This document shows positions 61,336 to 64,000 of a stretch of 64,000 nt of DNA, one piece after another. This DNA comes from Myxococcota bacterium (GTDB lineage Bacteria; Myxococcota_A; Polyangia; Polyangiales; Sandaracinaceae): assembly GCA_036149055.1 (NCBI GenBank), contig JAYZQJ010000178.1, forward strand, positions 1-64,000, written 5' to 3'. Within the stretch, counting starts at the first letter, position 1. Each line of letters opens with the position of its first letter. Below the pieces are notes generated by a model. That model was not told where the DNA came from, made no database searches, and was given only the letters and a program-made list of their open reading frames with translations. The position numbers and the translations under genes were made by a program.

Positions 61336-62999
61336 TCGGCCTCCAGGAGCTCGAGGAACGTCTCGTTCAGCGCGTCGTACGCCTCGACGTCGAAGAAGAG
61401 ATCGCGGCTCGCGTAGTAGTCGCGCACCGCGTCGATCAGGGTCCGGTACTCCGCCGCCGTGCCGGCCCGCGCCGGGTCACGCGCCGGGGCCAGCGCCTCG
61501 GCCTCGCGGTAGGCCCACGCGACCTCGGGGATGCGCGGGTCGCGCAGGGTCTCGAGGATCAGCCGCCGCGCCTCGACCGGCTCGTGCGCCTCGAAGTCGG
61601 CGTGCGAGAGGATCTCGAGGGTGTCCCCCTCCTCGAGATAGACGGTGTGCCCGACGTGCGCGCCGCTCGGGAGCAGGCTGGTCGTGATCGGGTCCGAGGG
61701 CAGCAGCACGCGGTAGGCGACCGGCCGCTCCGGGTCGATCAGCCGCGGCAGGATCGCGAGGTCGGTGACGCCGACCGCGCCGCCGTCGAAGGGAGCGGCC
61801 TGATCCCGGTAGAAGCGCGACTCGAGGCGCTCCTCGGTCAGCGCCCGGGCCCAGGCGGCGTTGCCGACGCGTGGGGCGCCGAAGGTGATCAGCTTGAGGC
61901 GCTCCCACGGCCAGTCGCGCAGCGCCGCGGGCATGCGCGCACCGCCCGGCCCGTACGCGTCGCCGAGCAGGAGCGCGCTCGCGAGCATCTGCGCCTGCCC
62001 GCCGCCGAGGCTGTGCCCGGTCACGTAGACGTTCGTCGGCGCGACCTCGCGATCGCCCACCACCGCGTCCAGGCAGCCGAACAGCTGCGGCAGGCTCGAG
62101 CCGATCGCGGTCGCCATGCCGCGGCTCACGCGGTGACCCTCGGTCGCGCTCACCAGCGGGTGCGCCTCCTCGCGGTAGCCGAGGTCCGTGATCCAGTCGG
62201 GGTTGCCGCCGGCCATCTCGCTCGAGAGCGCCTCGATCGCGGCGCGGTTGGCGGCGCCGCTCCGCGAGCCCCGGAAGGCGATGTGCACGTCGTAGGCGTC
62301 GCCCTCGGTCGCCCGCACCAGCGCGAAGCCGGCCACGCTCTGCGACGCGGGCTGCCCGTCCTCGCCCTTGTCGCCGGTCCCGCCCTCGAACACGAGCAGC
62401 ACGTCGCGCGCGTCGGGGGCGGCGTCGTCACGGCGGGCGGGCAGGGGGAACACCGTGACGTCCCCCGGCGCGCCGCCGATCGTCCGGACGCACACGTGGG
62501 CCTCGTCGATGCGCTCGGTGATCGCGCGCGGCGTCAGGTACTCGGTCCAGCGGCCACCCGACGGGAAGGTGACCGCGTCGCTCCACGGGTGGATGCGGCT
62601 GTACTGGTAGACGATCGGATCGTGCGCGGGGTTGTCCTCGAAGCCGGCCAGCAGCCCGGGCCCGCGGAGATCCTCGGCGCTCCCGCCCGCCGCCCGCTGC
62701 GCCTCCCCGGTCCGCGCCGCCCACTCGCGCACCCGCGCCATCAGCGCCGGCCGCGCCTCGCCCGTCTCCTCGTAGTAGGGGTCGAACGGCCACACGAGCG
62801 TCTGCCCGTAGAGCTGGTAGGCGAAGATCGAGAGGTCGAGGTGGTAGGCGATCGGGTGATAGGGGAGGGCGCCGAGCTCCTGCGCGCGCACCGCCTCCGC
62901 GGCCTCCTCCGAGGTGTCGATGTAGGGCACGTCGCAGGCGGTCGCGGCGGCGACGAGGGCGACGGCGATCGAGGCGCGGGCGGTGATCGAGGCGTGCAT
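61332..62999 (-). CDS. Lipase class 3 family alpha/beta hydrolase (lipoprotein)
   Basis: IAFRGS, DWITD, VYVTGHSLGG nucleophile elbow, ITFGAPRVGN, DPIT, HVG. Confidence 0.85.
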   Translation of the reverse strand: MHASITARASIAVALVAAATACDVPYIDTSEEAAEAVRAQELGALPYHPIAYHLDLSIFAYQLYGQTLVWPFDPYYEETGEARPALMARVREWAARTGEAQRAAGGSAEDLRGPGLLAGFEDNPAHDPIVYQYSRIHPWSDAVTFPSGGRWTEYLTPRAITERIDEAHVCVRTIGGAPGDVTVFPLPARRDDAAPDARDVLLVFEGGTGDKGEDGQPASQSVAGFALVRATEGDAYDVHIAFRGSRSGAANRAAIEALSSEMAGGNPDWITDLGYREEAHPLVSATEGHRVSRGMATAIGSSLPQLFGCLDAVVGDREVAPTNVYVTGHSLGGGQAQMLASALLLGDAYGPGGARMPAALRDWPWERLKLITFGAPRVGNAAWARALTEERLESRFYRDQAAPFDGGAVGVTDLAILPRLIDPERPVAYRVLLPSDPITTSLLPSGAHVGHTVYLEEGDTLEILSHADFEAHEPVEARRLILETLRDPRIPEVAWAYREAEALAPARDPARAGTAAEYRTLIDAVRDYYASRDLFFDVEAYDALNETFLELLEAE

Positions 63000-63044
63000 C
63001 GCTGCGGTCTCCGCAGCTCGATCTACGGGGCGCGCTCGGTGAGG

Positions 63045-63893
63045 TCAAACGCACCGGCCGCGCAGCAGCGCGCCGCCGGTCGCGATCCAGACCTCGTCGC
63101 GGCCGCGCGCGTGCACGCCGTGCACCTGCGGGTCGGGCACGTCGGGGTGGGAGACCGCCCAGCGTCGGCCGTCGTCGGTGGCCACCACCACCGCGCGTCG
63201 CGCGTCCGAGCCCGCGGCGAACGCGCGCCCGCCGGCCGCCGAGGCGCCGGCATAGAAGTAGCCCTTCGTGCCGGTGCGCTTGGTCGAGAAGTCGCGCCCG
63301 CCGACCGACACGAAGGCCGCGCCGCCGCTCGCCGGGGCCACCACCAGCTCGCCGTCGGCGGCGACGCCGTAGATGAATTTCTCGCCCTTCTGTCGCTCCA
63401 CGCGCCAGGCCTCGCCGTCGTCCGAGCGGAGCAGGGTGCCCATCGTGCCGCTCACGAGCAGGTGCCCCTCGGGCGCGCGGCAGATCCCCGAGAGGTGCTG
63501 GCGGCTCCCGCTCGCCTGCGGCGCGAAGCTCCGGCCGCGGTCCGTGGAGCGGAGCACGGTGCCTCCAGCGCCCACGATCCACACGTCGTCGCCGCGCACC
63601 ACGCCGCCCTCGAGCCGCGCGTCGGTCCCGACGTCGACCCGCTCGAAGCTGCGGCCGCCGTCCCACGAGGCGAGCGTCAGGCCCAGGTCGCCCACCACGC
63701 AGGCGAAGCCGCCCGCGTCGCCGAACGCGCCGCGCATCCAGCTCATCCGGGCGACGTGCGGGTGCGTCCAGGCGTCGCCCTCCAGCCGGTGAATCCCCGA
63801 GACCGCGCCGACGAGCAGCGCGCCCGCGCTCTCGGTCACCACCATGAACCCCTCGGCCCCCGGCGGCTCGACCGCCCCCCAGTCGATCTCCAT
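63045..63893 (-). CDS. BNR/YCF48-like beta-propeller protein
   Basis: Asp-box repeats SWDGGRSF, STDRGRSF, SDDGEAW, TDDGRRW. Confidence 0.8.
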   Translation of the reverse strand: MEIDWGAVEPPGAEGFMVVTESAGALLVGAVSGIHRLEGDAWTHPHVARMSWMRGAFGDAGGFACVVGDLGLTLASWDGGRSFERVDVGTDARLEGGVVRGDDVWIVGAGGTVLRSTDRGRSFAPQASGSRQHLSGICRAPEGHLLVSGTMGTLLRSDDGEAWRVERQKGEKFIYGVAADGELVVAPASGGAAFVSVGGRDFSTKRTGTKGYFYAGASAAGGRAFAAGSDARRAVVVATDDGRRWAVSHPDVPDPQVHGVHARGRDEVWIATGGALLRGRCV

Positions 63894-64000
63894 GACCGGA
63901 TCGTACGCGAATGAAGCGGCGCGCTCCCGGGTTCGGCCTCGCGATGACGGACTCGCCTCGACCCTGGGGGAGCCTGCTGTGGCTCGCGCCCGGCCTGCTC

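Noticed and set aside
63911..64000. Possible gene start at the right edge (MKRRAPGFGLAMTDSPRPWGSLLWLAPGLL)
   Set aside because: Too short and truncated by the window end to support a call.

Overview
Very GC-rich, densely coding bacterial chromosomal DNA with myxobacterial hallmarks: MYXO-CTERM sorting signals, Myxococcus-type Cys-rich repeats, many lipoproteins, a Ser/Thr kinase and a FecR/TPR anti-sigma module. A Polyangiales/Sandaracinaceae-like origin is my inference. Recognisable genes are three sensor kinases, xdhC, xdhA/xdhB, a PAP2 phosphatase, an AlkD-like repair protein, an ECF sigma/FecR pair, a YfhL-type ferredoxin, rimO, an M28 peptidase, a cysteine hydrolase, a Ser/Thr kinase, two RCC1-repeat lipoproteins, an orphan ExbB/TolQ-like protein and a class-3 lipase. 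I saw no rRNA, tRNA, CRISPR-Cas, transposase or phage genes. The best candidate for an undescribed system is 35.5-42.6 kb. There a radical SAM/SPASM enzyme is translationally coupled to a B12-radical SAM enzyme fused to an isoaspartyl-methyltransferase (PIMT) domain. This pair converges on a small Asp/Pro-rich peptide with two PCLS motifs, with a peptidase and a methyltransferase next door, suggesting a RiPP-like or protein-modification locus. Other notable signals are a GGGACGGAGT-core repeat family (intergenic hairpins plus two copies translated in-frame inside a lipoprotein signal peptide), a shared basic-LP C-terminal tail on three radical SAM enzymes, a GHKL ATPase-HExxH fusion, and many apparently leaderless starts. 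All calls come from reading motifs by eye; no database searches were run, and many start codons are best guesses.
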